A stretch of DNA of 64,000 nucleotides, from the NCBI RefSeq assembly GCF_009914755.1, contig NC_060931.1; one strand, 5' to 3'. The position numbers and the translations under genes were made by a program. The notes below the pieces were generated by a model. The model did not search any database and was not told the origin of the DNA. It saw nothing but the letters and a program-made list of their open reading frames with translations. Positions 30,326 to 48,505 of this stretch are shown piece by piece (position 1 is the first letter of the stretch; the number at the start of each line of letters is the position of its first letter). The DNA comes from the human T2T-CHM13v2.0 reference genome, Homo sapiens.

Positions 30326-33290
30326 AATCCTGGGAACAACAGCCCTCTTTATGATGCTACCACATCATATTGAGGATCATCAATCACATTCATTTAGTTT
30401 CTTCTCAAAATTCATGGATTTTAGTGATGGATTACAAAGCTTTTATCTCAGGCCTTACCTTCTTTTGAGCCTATGCAACATTAGCTCTGTTGAATAATAC
30501 TTACATACACACACACACACACACACCATACACTTTTTCTGAGTTTCAGTGGCTATCATCTTAACTCTATTTTTCTGCCTTTTATCAGCCCCTTTTACAT
30601 CCACTAAAAAAAAATGCAGATGTTCCCAAATTTCTACTTGTGCAGGACTTATTCCCACTTAAGAGTTTCAATGTAGATGATACTGTCATATCTCCTTCTA
30701 ATCTTAAATGTCTTCCCAGCTCTAGACCTGAATTTCCATTGCACATTGGTCATTTAATCCAGAAGTTAACGTCAGAACTTCAAATTACTATGTTCAAAAC
30801 TGAATCATTTTCCCACCTCCAACCAAATCAGGCTCTCCTCTAGATATTTCTTTCTCTTGTTTTGTTTTATACCACCTGTTTTCAAGATATCCAGATTCCA
30901 AAATTCAAAGGCAGCATTTAACCCTCCTTATACTTTGACCTCTAAATCCACTGATTTTATCAACTTGTGGACTTATGATCAAGTCTTCAAAATCCATCTC
31001 ATCATGTTCATTCACACTGTTTCCACTATAGTTTATGTTTCCCATTCTGCATTGAAAATATTCACTTTTTCAAGTTCCAAGGAAACTAATGATGGAAGAC
31101 TTTCTTACACATCTGAAGAGGCAACTAAGCACAGAATCTTCAAATAATATGTTACACTTATATGCGTTTTTTTACTAACAAACATAAAATGAGCTTGAAA
31201 AATGTCACATCCAAATACGTGTAACAGTAAAATTGTGAGGTGGTATGATGTTGACGGTGAGATGTTGGTAGACAGACAAGAAAGACACCTATATTTATAG
31301 AGCTCTGTGTTATGAAATAATTAACTGTTCAGTTTTCCTTGCACAAAAGACTAATTTTCCACATCACACTGCAAAACTTCAAGAGTAGAGATTACATTTT
31401 GTACTCAGTAAGTAAATGTTCAATGTGTTTCCCAAGCTCTGTGCAAAGCAACTAAGGACAGAGAACCATCTCTTCTGACCCAACCACAGAACGACAGTGG
31501 TAACTCACAAATGTGATGCCATGCATTGGCTCTCTTCAGAAAACCTGTCTTGGAGAGACATGTGATGACATGGTCACAGGAAGGTCCTTTCACGACCAGT
31601 TAAGAGTATCTATGTGGGACAATTTTCTTTTGTTTCTGCTCAAAGCACCCACTAGTGGTAAGCACTCACTGTTGAAAACTTGCCAAACTACAGACATTTT
31701 AAGTAATGTCTCAAGAATAAATAAATAGCAGTTGTTTTATATTAGGAAAAACAAAAGAAACAAAAAAATCCTCTCCACAAATGAAGCATCCCTGTATAGA
31801 AGAAAAAACATGAGGTGTCAGTTAAGACTTCTTGTATGTCAGATTTCCCTTTACCACCTGTGGAGCTCTGAGCTCCAAGTCTCAGTTTCCTCCAACATAT
31901 AAAATAATATTATTATCTAATCATGGAGGGGAAGTACAAATGGAATTGCATTCATTTGACACATCAGTTTCTTTCCCTGTCATCTTGATTTAGTGAAAAA
32001 ATAGCTGTTCCTTACTCGCACCTGTTAATAATTTCTGAAATGACTCAGAAATGTGTTGCCCCTCTTATTATTTAGCATATGGCTATCAAAAGGTGTATAA
32101 AAATTTTCTCTAAACACATGGATTATGTATGAATGCAATTAATTCCCACTCTGAAGTTTGGGGAAGAATTCAACCATATTATTCTAAGCAAAAACTATAT
32201 TAGTGAGTTAAATGGAATTTTACCAAACATATTTCTGCACAGCAAATCTCTAGTGTTTTGTGATATAAGAGCACTTGGGGATGCATGCTATTGTATCTTC
32301 CAGAAGACCAGTGCAAGACTTCCATGCTCTACTCCAGAATTTTCCTCTCTATTTAGATTTTTACATGGTCAAATAAATAACTCTTGAAGTCTTGACCCCA
32401 ACTGAGAAATCTGCAAAGACAGTCCAGAAAATATAAATCCTAAATACTAACCGAAGTCCTCTGACTGCCATCTCTGTGGCTACAAATGGATAGAAAAAGA
32501 CATTAAACTAATGCCTCTTTATTTTCCAGGACTCAGTCCCAGGAAAATAGCAAGATAATTCAAAACTAACAAACAAAAATCTTTTTAAATGTACGGAAGA
32601 ATTTAGAAAAACACAAAGTCAATTTGCCACAAGGTAAGTTTGATATTTAACATAAGTCTAACAAAAGAAAACAAAATTCCCAATGTATTATCAAAAATCT
32701 TAAAGCAATGAGGATAAACAAAACTATTAAAGTTGGCAACAGCTGTGTTAGATCTATGTAGTCTGCAGATCAAAATTTAATAATAAAAGGAAGGGTGATG
32801 ACACATAAAATTATGTAAACTTGTTAACAGTGTAACTTGCTATTGATACATTCAGAAATCAGGTATTACTTACATGTTATTGAATATTGTTTTCAAAATC
32901 ATGATGTAGCAAAACAAACTGTTTTTATTGCCAATAAAATGAAAGTTTATGTTGCCTGCCAATTACTGAAGAGAAATTTATTAAATCAAAGAATCATACT
33001 GAATTATGAAAATGGGATCTTTACAAGCATTTGTACAAGTCACTGGCAGTAGTAGATAGTAGTACTAATAAGAGAATAATAACAATAACTGCAGATCGAT
33101 ACAGACCTTTTTAAACATAATATTATTTACTTTCTGGAAGTCCATAAAAATTTGAAGAATAAAATTAATCATTACTTCAGGTTTTCATAGCAAAACACAG
33201 AGTTTTCATAATGACAGTATGATAAAAGAAGTAAAGAAATAACTATTTTTTAAAGTCTCAGCTAATCATCATTTAAAAATAAAGATTTCA

Positions 33291-33414
33291 TGGCTGATAA
33301 AATTATCTGTACACCAAACCCCTGTGACATGCAATTTAGCCATGTAACAAAACTGTACATGTACCCCTTCAAACTAAAAGTTGGAAAGAAAAAATAAAAA
33401 TAAACAAATAAAAT
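33291..33414 (+). mobile_element. Short 3'-end stub of an older L1PA element
   Basis: atctgtacaccaaacccctgtgacatgcaattt...catgtacccc followed by an A-rich tail; TSD aaaaataaagatttca (33275-33290) and aaaaataaaagtttca (33415-33430). Confidence 0.8.
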
Positions 33415-34867
33415 AAAAATAAAAGTTTCAAAAGTCAGAGAGAAAAATCAATTGTAATTGAAATATTTTTATCAAATGTGTTCTTATTATTCAAACTATC
33501 TTATATATCCACTTCTCTTCTACTTCCATAACGGAGCTTTTTGAAGACTTGAAATATAGTTATATCAATGAATGCCCAGGTTAATTAGTTGCTTACACTA
33601 TCAGTAAACAGTAAACAAAACATGACCACATTCTTACTGGGATAGAGTTGCAAAAATGCAACAGACATATACTTCTCACTGGAATTTCTATATACTTATT
33701 ACTGGCTCTTAAAATAAGTAAATATTGCATTTAAGAAACAGCTATCCAAATATTTCACATTTCTTTTAACTAGGAAGAAAATATTTAGCATATCAAATTA
33801 TTTTTCTAATTAACAATTTATGTATTCTGAAGACATCATTTTTTTGTATTGTTATAGTAGCTGTTTTAATCACTAGACTTTCATACAAATTAGAGAAAAT
33901 AAACCAACTACCATTTTTAAGAAAGGTAACACATCTATTATGGCTAAGGATGTGTCTTTATAATTGTATGTTTGGAACTTTTCCCCCTTGTATATACACC
34001 ACCACGGTGTGGCTATTTGATGCATGTTAAGAAAAAAATCAGGGTGCTACTTGATTGTTTATGACCATGAAAAATAAATATAAAAAATAAGTGTTAATCT
34101 TCAATGATGAAAAGTTATTCATTTAGATATTCTTGGACAGACCACACACTCAAGACAGAATTCCAAATAGAACTTTCTTTCTTTATATCAAGACTGAGAC
34201 AGACATTGCAAAATTAATTTAGTAATCCAAGATTTTAAACAATACCTATATTTTAGCATCCCATAGAAAGTTCTAGAAAATTTAGCAGGTTTTCAGTTTG
34301 TGATTATTTCTTTGTCACAGTTTAAATAGTAAACTGTTTGAGGTCAGAGAGTGATCCAATGCCAATTCACTTTGTGGGTCTTCTTTCCTTCCGTCCCCAT
34401 CGTTATCTTGGAAACCCTCTCTCCTTACAAAATAGAAACTTTTTTCCCTCCTTCTCTCTCAGTAAGCAGTTGAAAAGATCTGCACAATTAAATTGATCTA
34501 AATCCCTGTGGGTTGCTTGGTGAATGAAAAAATAAATTTTTTCCATGAGAAGCCAGTAGGTGGTGCTAAATCTAGGATACTACCTTCAACAATTTTAAAC
34601 CAAAAACTAAACAAGTGGCCAGTTTAAGAGTTGTAGAATTCCCAGTATGATTCACACAGGAAGAAATCTGAAAATTTTGAATGTAATAGAAATGTAATAA
34701 AAGTATACAATATAATTAAAGATGAATCTTAAATAAATGAAAACATAGATATCTAAATGTTCTTAGAATGATCTTAAGTTACAGAAATTAAAGCACAGCT
34801 ACCTCTCTGTCCTCACATTAAAATCGTCTTCGGTCCCATTAATGATTTCAATCTCATTGGGAAATAT

Positions 34868-34909
34868 GTCCAATTGCCCATGTTTAAGGCCATCTGGGAT
34901 CTTGAAGAT
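34868..34909. repeat. 42-bp perfect inverted repeat, copy 2
   Basis: gtccaattgcccatgtttaaggccatctgggatcttgaagat. Confidence 0.95.
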
Positions 34910-35769
34910 CTTTATATCAGATACAACCACATTAATATTCTACGATAGAATCTTGCTAATAGGATTATAAGCAGTCAAAAAGGTTAGGAAGAAATCATCT
35001 GAGAAAGTCACTCCCTAATATTAAGAGGATCAATTAGCCAGGCATATTTGGGGATAGAGGATACTGTGCAGTAACCAGGGGCTTATGAAGAAAAGAGGCG
35101 GGGGGCAGGATTTATTTATTTTGGTTAGGGAGGCATTGTGGACTTCCAAATAAAGGTTCCAGAAAAGGACTTCTTAACTTCTGTTAATACAAAGTAAATG
35201 ACTTTATCATCCTCAAAGCTTTTCTTGGCTCCCCACTGACTGATTTCTTGGCTATCAAAAAATAGGTTAAACCTGTTTAATGTGTTTTCACCTGAGAATT
35301 AATACAAACTTGGCCTGTGGTGGGACCAAGTTCAGAGGCCTTTCACATATCTCTAGTGATCTCTTAGGGCCTCAAAGTTGGAAGGAACTTTTGCAGGAAG
35401 TAAGGTCCCTGGATGTATTTTAAGTGAGAGCTGGCATTTACTCCCCAGCTAAGAGCATATAGTCCTATCCACTGAGACATCTTTGTTCAATCTCTGAGCT
35501 GACATCCCAAAGTCAATATCTTCTTTTACTTAAGCCATAGAAAAATGGAGAAATAGTGGACCAACATTGCATATAGGGTCTCCTCCTCTAGAAACTTCTA
35601 GCCAGTAAGGATGTGTGGGTTAAGGAGCATGCCCTGGCACATATTGGGCAGCTTTCTACAGGGTAGGTTATACTGATGCTATACATTTTAATGCTGAGAC
35701 TTGAACTCTGAGAATAAAAGGATCAGATTTGACTCTGTGAAAATCTGGTCATAAAAAAAAGAAGAATTC

Positions 35770-36075
35770 AGCCAGGCCTGGTGACTCACGCCTGTAATCT
35801 TAACACTTTGGGAGGCCGAGGCAGGTGGATTGCTTGAGCCCCAGGAGTTGGAGACTAGCCTGGGCAACTTGGCAAAACCCCGTCTCTACAAAAAAATAAA
35901 AAAATAGCTGGATGTGGTGGCAGGCACCTGTAGTCCTAGCTACTCACGAGGCCGAGGTGGGAGGATCACCTGATCCCAGGAAGTCAAGGCTGCAGCGAGC
36001 CGTGATTGTGCCACTGCACTCCAGTGTGGGTAATAGAGTGAGATGCAGTCTCAAAATAAAACAAAATAAAATGAA
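35770..36075 (+). mobile_element. AluJ-like element at the start of the Alu-dense domain
   Basis: Dimeric Alu with J-type right arm (ggaggatcacctga...aaggctgcag). Confidence 0.88.
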
Positions 36076-36242
36076 AAACCATGAATTCCATTTTTAACAT
36101 TGTTACAAGATTTTAAAAATTATGTTTCATATTGAGTATTTTTTGGTAGTTTGTAGTTTTCAAGGAATTGGTCCATTTCATCCAACTTCTTGGGATTATA
36201 TACGTAGAGTTGCTTAGTATTTCCTTACTATCCTTTTATTAG

Positions 36243-37696
<1,454 letters not shown>

Positions 37697-37820
37697 TCAA
37701 ATGGAAAATTTAAAACAAAAATACAATAACAAAAATTTAAAACTCACTAGATGGACTCAATTAATGCTATGAAGAGGAGGAAGAGTCAGGAGACAAGGGT
37801 GGATTGATAGAAAGCACTCA

Positions 37821-38720
<900 letters not shown>

Positions 38721-39024
38721 CTACTCTTTGTTGGGGGATAGAAGACAGGGTAACCTTGGGGAGGACAGAGGTGGGTCAGGGAAGTAGCGGCTGCTACTTG
38801 AGATTACAGGAGTGGGTGTGTCCCAAGGTTCCAGAGGCAAGGGAGCTTAGGCAGGAACCCTGGGAAAGAGGGAGGAAGACCCTGATCTAATGACTGCCTA
38901 CCACGTGTCAGGCTGGCAAGCGCTGTCTCACAGCAACCCTGCAAGCTTGGTCCTGTTTTCCTCACTTTGCAAATAGAGAAAATAAGGTACGTGCACAGTT
39001 GGTAAGTGGTAGAGCCAGTTCTGA

Positions 39025-40178
<1,154 letters not shown>

Positions 40179-40435
40179 ATATTTAGTAAAATCCTTACTG
40201 AGCCCTATGGGGTGCCAAGCATGGTGTCCAGGTGCTGGGGATATGCATGCGTGAGGCTGACACGTGCTTACCCTCATAGAGCTTCCATCTGATAAGGCAG
40301 GCAGACACTCCAGCATGCTAAGTGGTGTGACACGGGCTCATTGTGCCCCACGAGGCTCAGAGAATTATGTAACACAGAATTGCATGGTGGAGGGAGACTT
40401 CTTGGAAGAGTTTACTGCTCATGAAATACTGGGAA

Positions 40436-41623
<1,188 letters not shown>

Positions 41624-41971
41624 GCAGAACGGTGCAAGAGTGAGCATGTGAGTTCTGTCTTTTTTTTCTCATGAACCAAGGTTTCTAAGAAGGGCACAGA
41701 GCAGTGAGCAATAAAGCTAGGAGTGACTAAGGGTGATCCAAGTAGGAGCTGCCAGCGCCAGGTGCCAGGGCTACAGTTTCTAGCTTTGGAGCCAACTTTC
41801 CTGAGCACACATCTCCCTCTTGTGGCCGAGAGCGGTATTGCCACTGAAGAGATAGTGCTGGGGACCCCCTCCAGACTCTCATTCTGAAAACCCCAAGATA
41901 TAGGCCAGGGGCCGAATCTACCTTGTGGACCCCATGAGATTTCCCACTTCGTTTTTAGAAAAATGTGATTA

Positions 41972-42319
<348 letters not shown>

Positions 42320-42426
42320 TTAATGGGGAAAATCTATATGTATACTTAGAAAAAAGTGCAGAAGGACACTGAAATGTTACCAGTAATTCTTTCAAGAATA
42401 TGTGACTTTTTTTCACTTTATCTGTC

Positions 42427-42728
42427 TTTTTTTTTTTTTTTTTTTTTGAGATCGAGTCTCTCTCTGTCGCCAAGCCTTGAGTGCAGTGGCGCGATTTCGG
42501 CTCACTGCAACTTCCGCCTCCCAGGTTCACGTCATTCTCCTGCCTCAGCCTCCGGAGTGGCTTGAGACTACAGGTGGCAGCCACCACGCCCTGCTGACTT
42601 TTTGTATTTTTAATAGAGATGGGGTTTCACCATGTTAACCAGGATGGTCTCGATCTCCTGACCTCGTGATCCACTTTCCTCAGCCTCCCAAAGTGCTGGG
42701 ATTAAAGGCGTGAGCCCCCGCGCCAGGC
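42427..42728 (-). mobile_element. Alu (Sc/Y-like)
   Basis: Dimeric Alu in reverse orientation. Confidence 0.9.
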
Positions 42729-42819
42729 TATGTATTTCAAAATGTTCTATTTCATGCCTGACTTTCGTTGATAAGACAAAAAATGTATTATGATTGAAAA
42801 AAAAAGAAAAGAAAAGATG

Positions 42820-43314
<495 letters not shown>

Positions 43315-44269
43315 TTACTATATAGTGAGTGCTCAACAAAACTTAGCAACTATTATACTGATGGTCCCTGGCTTGGAGAACTCATAGCCAGTGCACAGCC
43401 AGATATGTAATGTCATTAAGGAAGAAGAGCCCACTGGTCTTCACTGTGCCCCACTTCTGTCCTCTTCCAGAGAATACTCAGAAAACAGGTTTGACTGCAT
43501 TCTCCTCAGTCCTGCCTCCCTTTCCTTCCCTGCACCCTCTCCCTACTGGTAGCTGAGGTAGCTGTAGGGTGCTGAAGGGCTGCTGGCCTGTCTCCAACAG
43601 CACTGTGATCAGGAGTTGGGGGAAGTGGGACCAGCTGGAAAGACTCTAGCAAATGACTGGCTGTAGTGGGCAAGCAGCTGGGCATAACTGAGGAGGCTCT
43701 TAGGCACTGCCATTGGCGTTTATGACTCTTCCTTGGAAGGTTTAAAGAAAAAAAGAGAGATATCTGTCTTTTGGGGACAGGTTTAGAAATCACAGTTTCT
43801 GGGAGGTGGCTGGGAGGATGTCCCAAGTCCTCTGAGTTTGTTTAATGCTGGGCAGAAAATGCCCCCCACCATTGGATATCACATTGGACAAGGCTGTTGG
43901 TGGCATGTGGACCAAGGGAGGCTTCCTAGAGGAAGAAGTGAGGTATAAAGGATGAATAGGAGTTTGCAAATTGGATGATCCCAGAGGAAGGCATTCTGGG
44001 CACAGAAGACAACACCTGCTCATGCAGGTGATCTGTCCCATCCTTTCTGTTTCTGGTACAACTGCACTGTGTTTGCTGCAGTCCAAGTTTCTCTAGGGCC
44101 TGCTTAGTTTATTCCCACTGGCTGAGACCTGATCTGTTGTTCTAGGCAGTGTCACCAGGGTTGTTTTGGTGGCAGTGCTCACTGGAAAAGGTACAGCCTT
44201 ATAATCCACAAATTCAAATACTGAAGATCTTGGGGGAAGGGTGGAGAGTACATGGGTAAAGAGAGTACC

Positions 44270-44465
44270 TGGGTAAAGGGAATGGCAGGAAGGCACAAGA
44301 TACAAGGATCTCTACATAGGGACAGATTGAAACATTTAGGGTGATTAATCTTGTGATCATGGTGATGGTTCCACGGGTTTCTACATGTGTCAAAACTTAT
44401 CAAATTGTACATTTAAATAGGTGCAGTTTATTTTATATCAGCTTTACCTCCACAAAACGGTTAAA
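44270..44465 (+). mobile_element. Old L1M (MC/ME-type) 3'-end fragment
   Basis: tcttgtgatcatggtgatggtt...tgtcaaaacttatcaaattgtacatttaaataggtgcagtttatt. Confidence 0.65.
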
Positions 44466-45081
44466 AAGAATATAGATGCCTCAAAAATTTTGGTTGCTTT
44501 ACAAACGTATGTTTCTAAAGCATAAAACTAATACAGGATAATCAGACAAATTTAAAAATTTGTGAAAGCAGGAAAAAGATAAATCACTCATTTCATTTTT
44601 GTGTATGTTGGGGGGATTGTTTTCAACATAAAAAAAGACATCCAGGGCTCACCAATGAACAAGGCTGTAGTCCCAGCTCCAGTGGGCCAAGATGCTTCAT
44701 TGAACTGAGCAGTGTCCCCTGCGGGCTTGGGTCCTGGCAATGTCCAGCTGCTCCCACTCAGTGATTGCAGTGCAGCAGGTCTGAGAAGGAGACCCAGAAT
44801 CTGACTTAAATCCAGTGACTCATGTTATTCTCTTCCAGCCAGTCCACAGACCACTCTGTGAAATGCTGAAATAGGGAATGAATCACAAATGCCTTGATCT
44901 ATTTTCCTTTGGCCATATCCATGCTAAAAATCCTCCTGTTTACAGATGTGGGGTTGCCACTGTGTCTTGAGATAGAACTATCTAGCTCTAGTCTTGGGAA
45001 ATCTTGTAGTAATAGCAGAACTGGTAGAATATTAATAGTAATGGTGGTAGTAATATTAATGGTAGTAATAGTAGCAGTAAT

Positions 45082-47335
45082 TTTTAAAACTTTTTATTTT
45101 TTGTGGGTACATAATAGGTATATATATTTATGGGGTACATGAGATATTGTGATACAGGAACACAAGGCATAATAATCACATCAGGGTAAATGGGGTATCC
45201 ATCACTTCAAGCATTTAACCTTTCTTTGTGTTACCAACAATCCACTTATACTCTTTTAGTTATTTTTATATGTACAATAAGCTATTGACTGTAATTACCC
45301 TGCTGTTGACTGTAGTCACCCTAGATCTTATTCATTCTAATTATATTGTTGTCCCCGCACTGCCCCCCGCCACACCCAGCCTCTACTCTCTATCTCATCT
45401 CATCATTCTACCTCTGTCTCTGTGAATTCAATTGTTTTAATTTTTAGCTCCCACAAATAAGTAAGAATATGTTAAGTTTGTCTTTCTGTGCCTGGCTTAT
45501 TTCACTTAACATAATGACCTCCAGTTTCATCCAGTTTTTGCAAATAACAGGATGTCATTCTTTTTTATGGCTGAATAGTACTGCATTGTTTATATGTACC
45601 CATTTGGTTTATTCATTTGTCTATTGATGAGCACTTAGGTTGTTTCCAAATCTTGGCTATTGTGAATAGTGCTGCAATAAACATGAAACAGCAGATATTT
45701 CTTCAATATATTGATTTTCATTCTCTTGAGTATATACCTAGCAGAAGGATTGCTGGATCATATGGCAGTCCTATTTTTAGTTTTTTGAGGAACCTCAAAA
45801 CTGTTCTCCACAGAGACTATACTAATTTACATTCCCACCAACAGTGTACAAGGGTTCCATTTTCTTCACATTTTTGTCAGCACTTGTTATTGCCTGTCTT
45901 TTGAATAAAAGCCATTTTAACTGGAGTGAGATGATATCTCATTGCAGTTTTGATTTGCATTTCTCTGATGATCAATGATGTTGAGCACCTTTTTATATAC
46001 CTGTTTGCCATTTGTATGTCTTCTTTTGAGAAATGTCTATTCAGATTTTTTGCCCATTTTTTAATTGCATTATTATATTTTTTTCCTGTAGAGTTGTTTG
46101 AGCTCCTTATATATTCTGGTTATTAATCCTTTGTCAGATAAATAGTTTGCAAATATTTTCTCCCATTCTGTAGGTTGTCTCTTCACTTTGTTGATTGTTT
46201 ATTTTGCTGTGCAGAAGCTTTTTAACTTGATGTGATCCCATTTTTCTGTTTTTGCTTTGGCTGCCTGTGCTTGTGGGGTATTACTCGAGAAATCTTTGCC
46301 CAGTCCAATGTCCTGGAGAGTTTCTCCAACGTTTTCTTGTAGCAGTTTCATAGTTTGAGGTCTTAGATTTAAGTTTCTAATTAATTTTGATTTTATTTTT
46401 GTATATGAAAAGAGATAGGGGTCTAATCTCATTCTTTTGCATATGAATATTCAGTTTTCCCAGCACTGTTTATTGAAGAGACTCTCCTTTCCCCAGTGTA
46501 TGTTACTGGCACCTTTGTTGAAAACGAGTTCACTGTAGATGTATGAATTTGTTTCTGGGTGCTATATTCTGTTTCATTGGTCTACGTGTCTGTTTTTATG
46601 CAACTACCATGCTGTTTTTGTTATTATATCTCTGTAGTATAATTTGAAGTCAGGTAATGTGATTCTGTAGTATAATTTGAAGTCAGGTAATGTGATGTTA
46701 TTTTTGCTCAGGATGGCTTTGGCTATTCTGGGTCTTTTGTGGTTCCATACAAATTTTAGGATTGTTTTTTCTATTTCTGTGAAGAATGTCATTGGTGTTT
46801 TGATAGGGATTGCATTAAATCTGTAGATTGCTTCTGGCAATATGTACATTTTAACAATATTGATTCTTCCAATCCATGAACATGAATATCTTTCCATATT
46901 TTGTGTCCTCTTCAATTTCTTTCGTTAATGTTTTATAATTTTCATTGCAGAGATCTTACACTTCTTTGATTAAGTTTTGTTGTTGTTGTTGCTGTTATTT
47001 CAACTACTCTGTCTCTATGATACCTTTGGTTAAGTTAATTCCTAGGTATTTAATTTTATTTATAGCTATTGCAAATGGAATTACTTTCTTGTTGTCTTTT
47101 TCAGATTATTTGCTGTTGCCATATAGAAATGCTAGTGATTTGGATATGTTGATTTTGTATCCTGCAACTTTACTGGATCTGTTGATCAGTTCTAATAGTT
47201 TTTTTGCTGGAGTCTTTAGGTTTTTCTAAATATAAGATCATATCATCTGTAATCAAAGATAATTTGACTTCTTCCTTTCCAATTTGGATGCCATGTATTT
47301 CTTTCTTTTGTCTGATTGCTCTACTAGGACTTCAA
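45082..47335 (-). mobile_element. 5'-truncated L1MA (L1MA1-3-like), ~2.25 kb
   Basis: 3' end tttttgtgggtacata...ggggtacatgagatatt; ORF2 C-terminal fragments at 46199-46432 and 46604-46915; TSD tagcagtaat at 45072-45081 and 47336-47345. Confidence 0.85.
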
Positions 47336-47357
47336 TAGCAGTAATGTTAGTGGTAGT

Positions 47358-47743
47358 TGATATGGTTTGGCTCTGTGTTCCCACCCAAATCTCATGTTGA
47401 ATTGTAATCCACAGTGTTGGGGGTGGAACCTGGTGGAAGGTGATTGTATTGTGGGGACAGATTTCCCCCTTGCTGTTCTCATGATAATGAGTGAGTTCTC
47501 ATGAGATATGATTGTTTAACAGTGTGTAGCACTTCCCTTTTCACTCTCCGTCTCTCTTACTCCACTATGGTAAGATGTGCTTTCTTCCCCTTTGCCTTCT
47601 GCCATAATTGTAAATTTCCTGAGGCCTCCCAGCCATGCTTCCTATTCAGCTTGTAGAACCGTGAGCTGAATTAAGCCTCTTTTCTTTATAAATTACCCAG
47701 TCTCAGGTAGTTCCTTATAGCGGTGTGAGAACAAACTAATACA
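47358..47743. mobile_element. MaLR solo LTR (MSTA-like)
   Basis: tgatatggtttggctctgtgttcccacccaaatctcatgttgaattgtaatcc...aactaataca; 5-bp TSD gtagt at 47353-47357 and 47744-47748. Confidence 0.9.
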
Positions 47744-47851
47744 GTAGTAATAGCTCACATTTATTGGGCACTTACTAATAAATACATCCATCGCACTGTT
47801 TCAAGAGCTTTACGTGTCATCTCAGTACTAGTTGTTAGGAGCAAGTTCCTG

Positions 47852-48505
47852 CAAGCACATGAAAAGATGCTTGCATATCATCTGTAATCAAAGATAATTT
47901 GACTTCTTCCTTTCCAATTTGGATGCCTTGTATTTCTTTCTTTTGTCTGATTGCTCTACTAGGACTTCCATAGCAGTAATGTTAGTGGTAGTTGAAAAGA
48001 TGCTCAAAATCACAAATCACTAGGGAAATGTAAATCAAAACCACAATGAGATGTTACCTTATGCCCATCTTTGGCTACTATCAACAGAAATATGTGTTGG
48101 TGAGGATGTGGAGAAATCAGAGCCCTTGTGCATTTGGTGGGAGTGTAGAATGGTGCAGCCACTGTGAGAAACAGCATGAAGTTTCCTCCAAAAGTTAGAC
48201 ATAGCATTACCACATGATCCAGCAATCCCACTTCTGGGTATATACCAACAAGAATTGAAAGCAGGGTCTTGAAGAGATATTTGGATACCAGGCCCACAGC
48301 TGCATTATTCACAACGGCCAAAAGGTACAAACGACCCAAGTGTTCGTTATGGGTGAATAGATTTAAGAAAAATACATAAGTGGAATATTATTGAGCCTTA
48401 GAAAGGAAGGAAAATTTGACACATGCTACCACATGGATGAAACTTGAGGATGTTATGCTGCACACTTAAAATAGTTAATGTTCTGTATATTTTACAATAA
48501 TTTTA
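47852..48505 (+). mobile_element. Old L1M 3' fragment carrying a 122-bp templated insertion at 47874-47995
   Basis: caagcacatgaaaagatgct...tagggaaatgtaaatcaaaaccacaatgagat...gatccagcaatcccacttctgggtatatacc. Confidence 0.8.
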
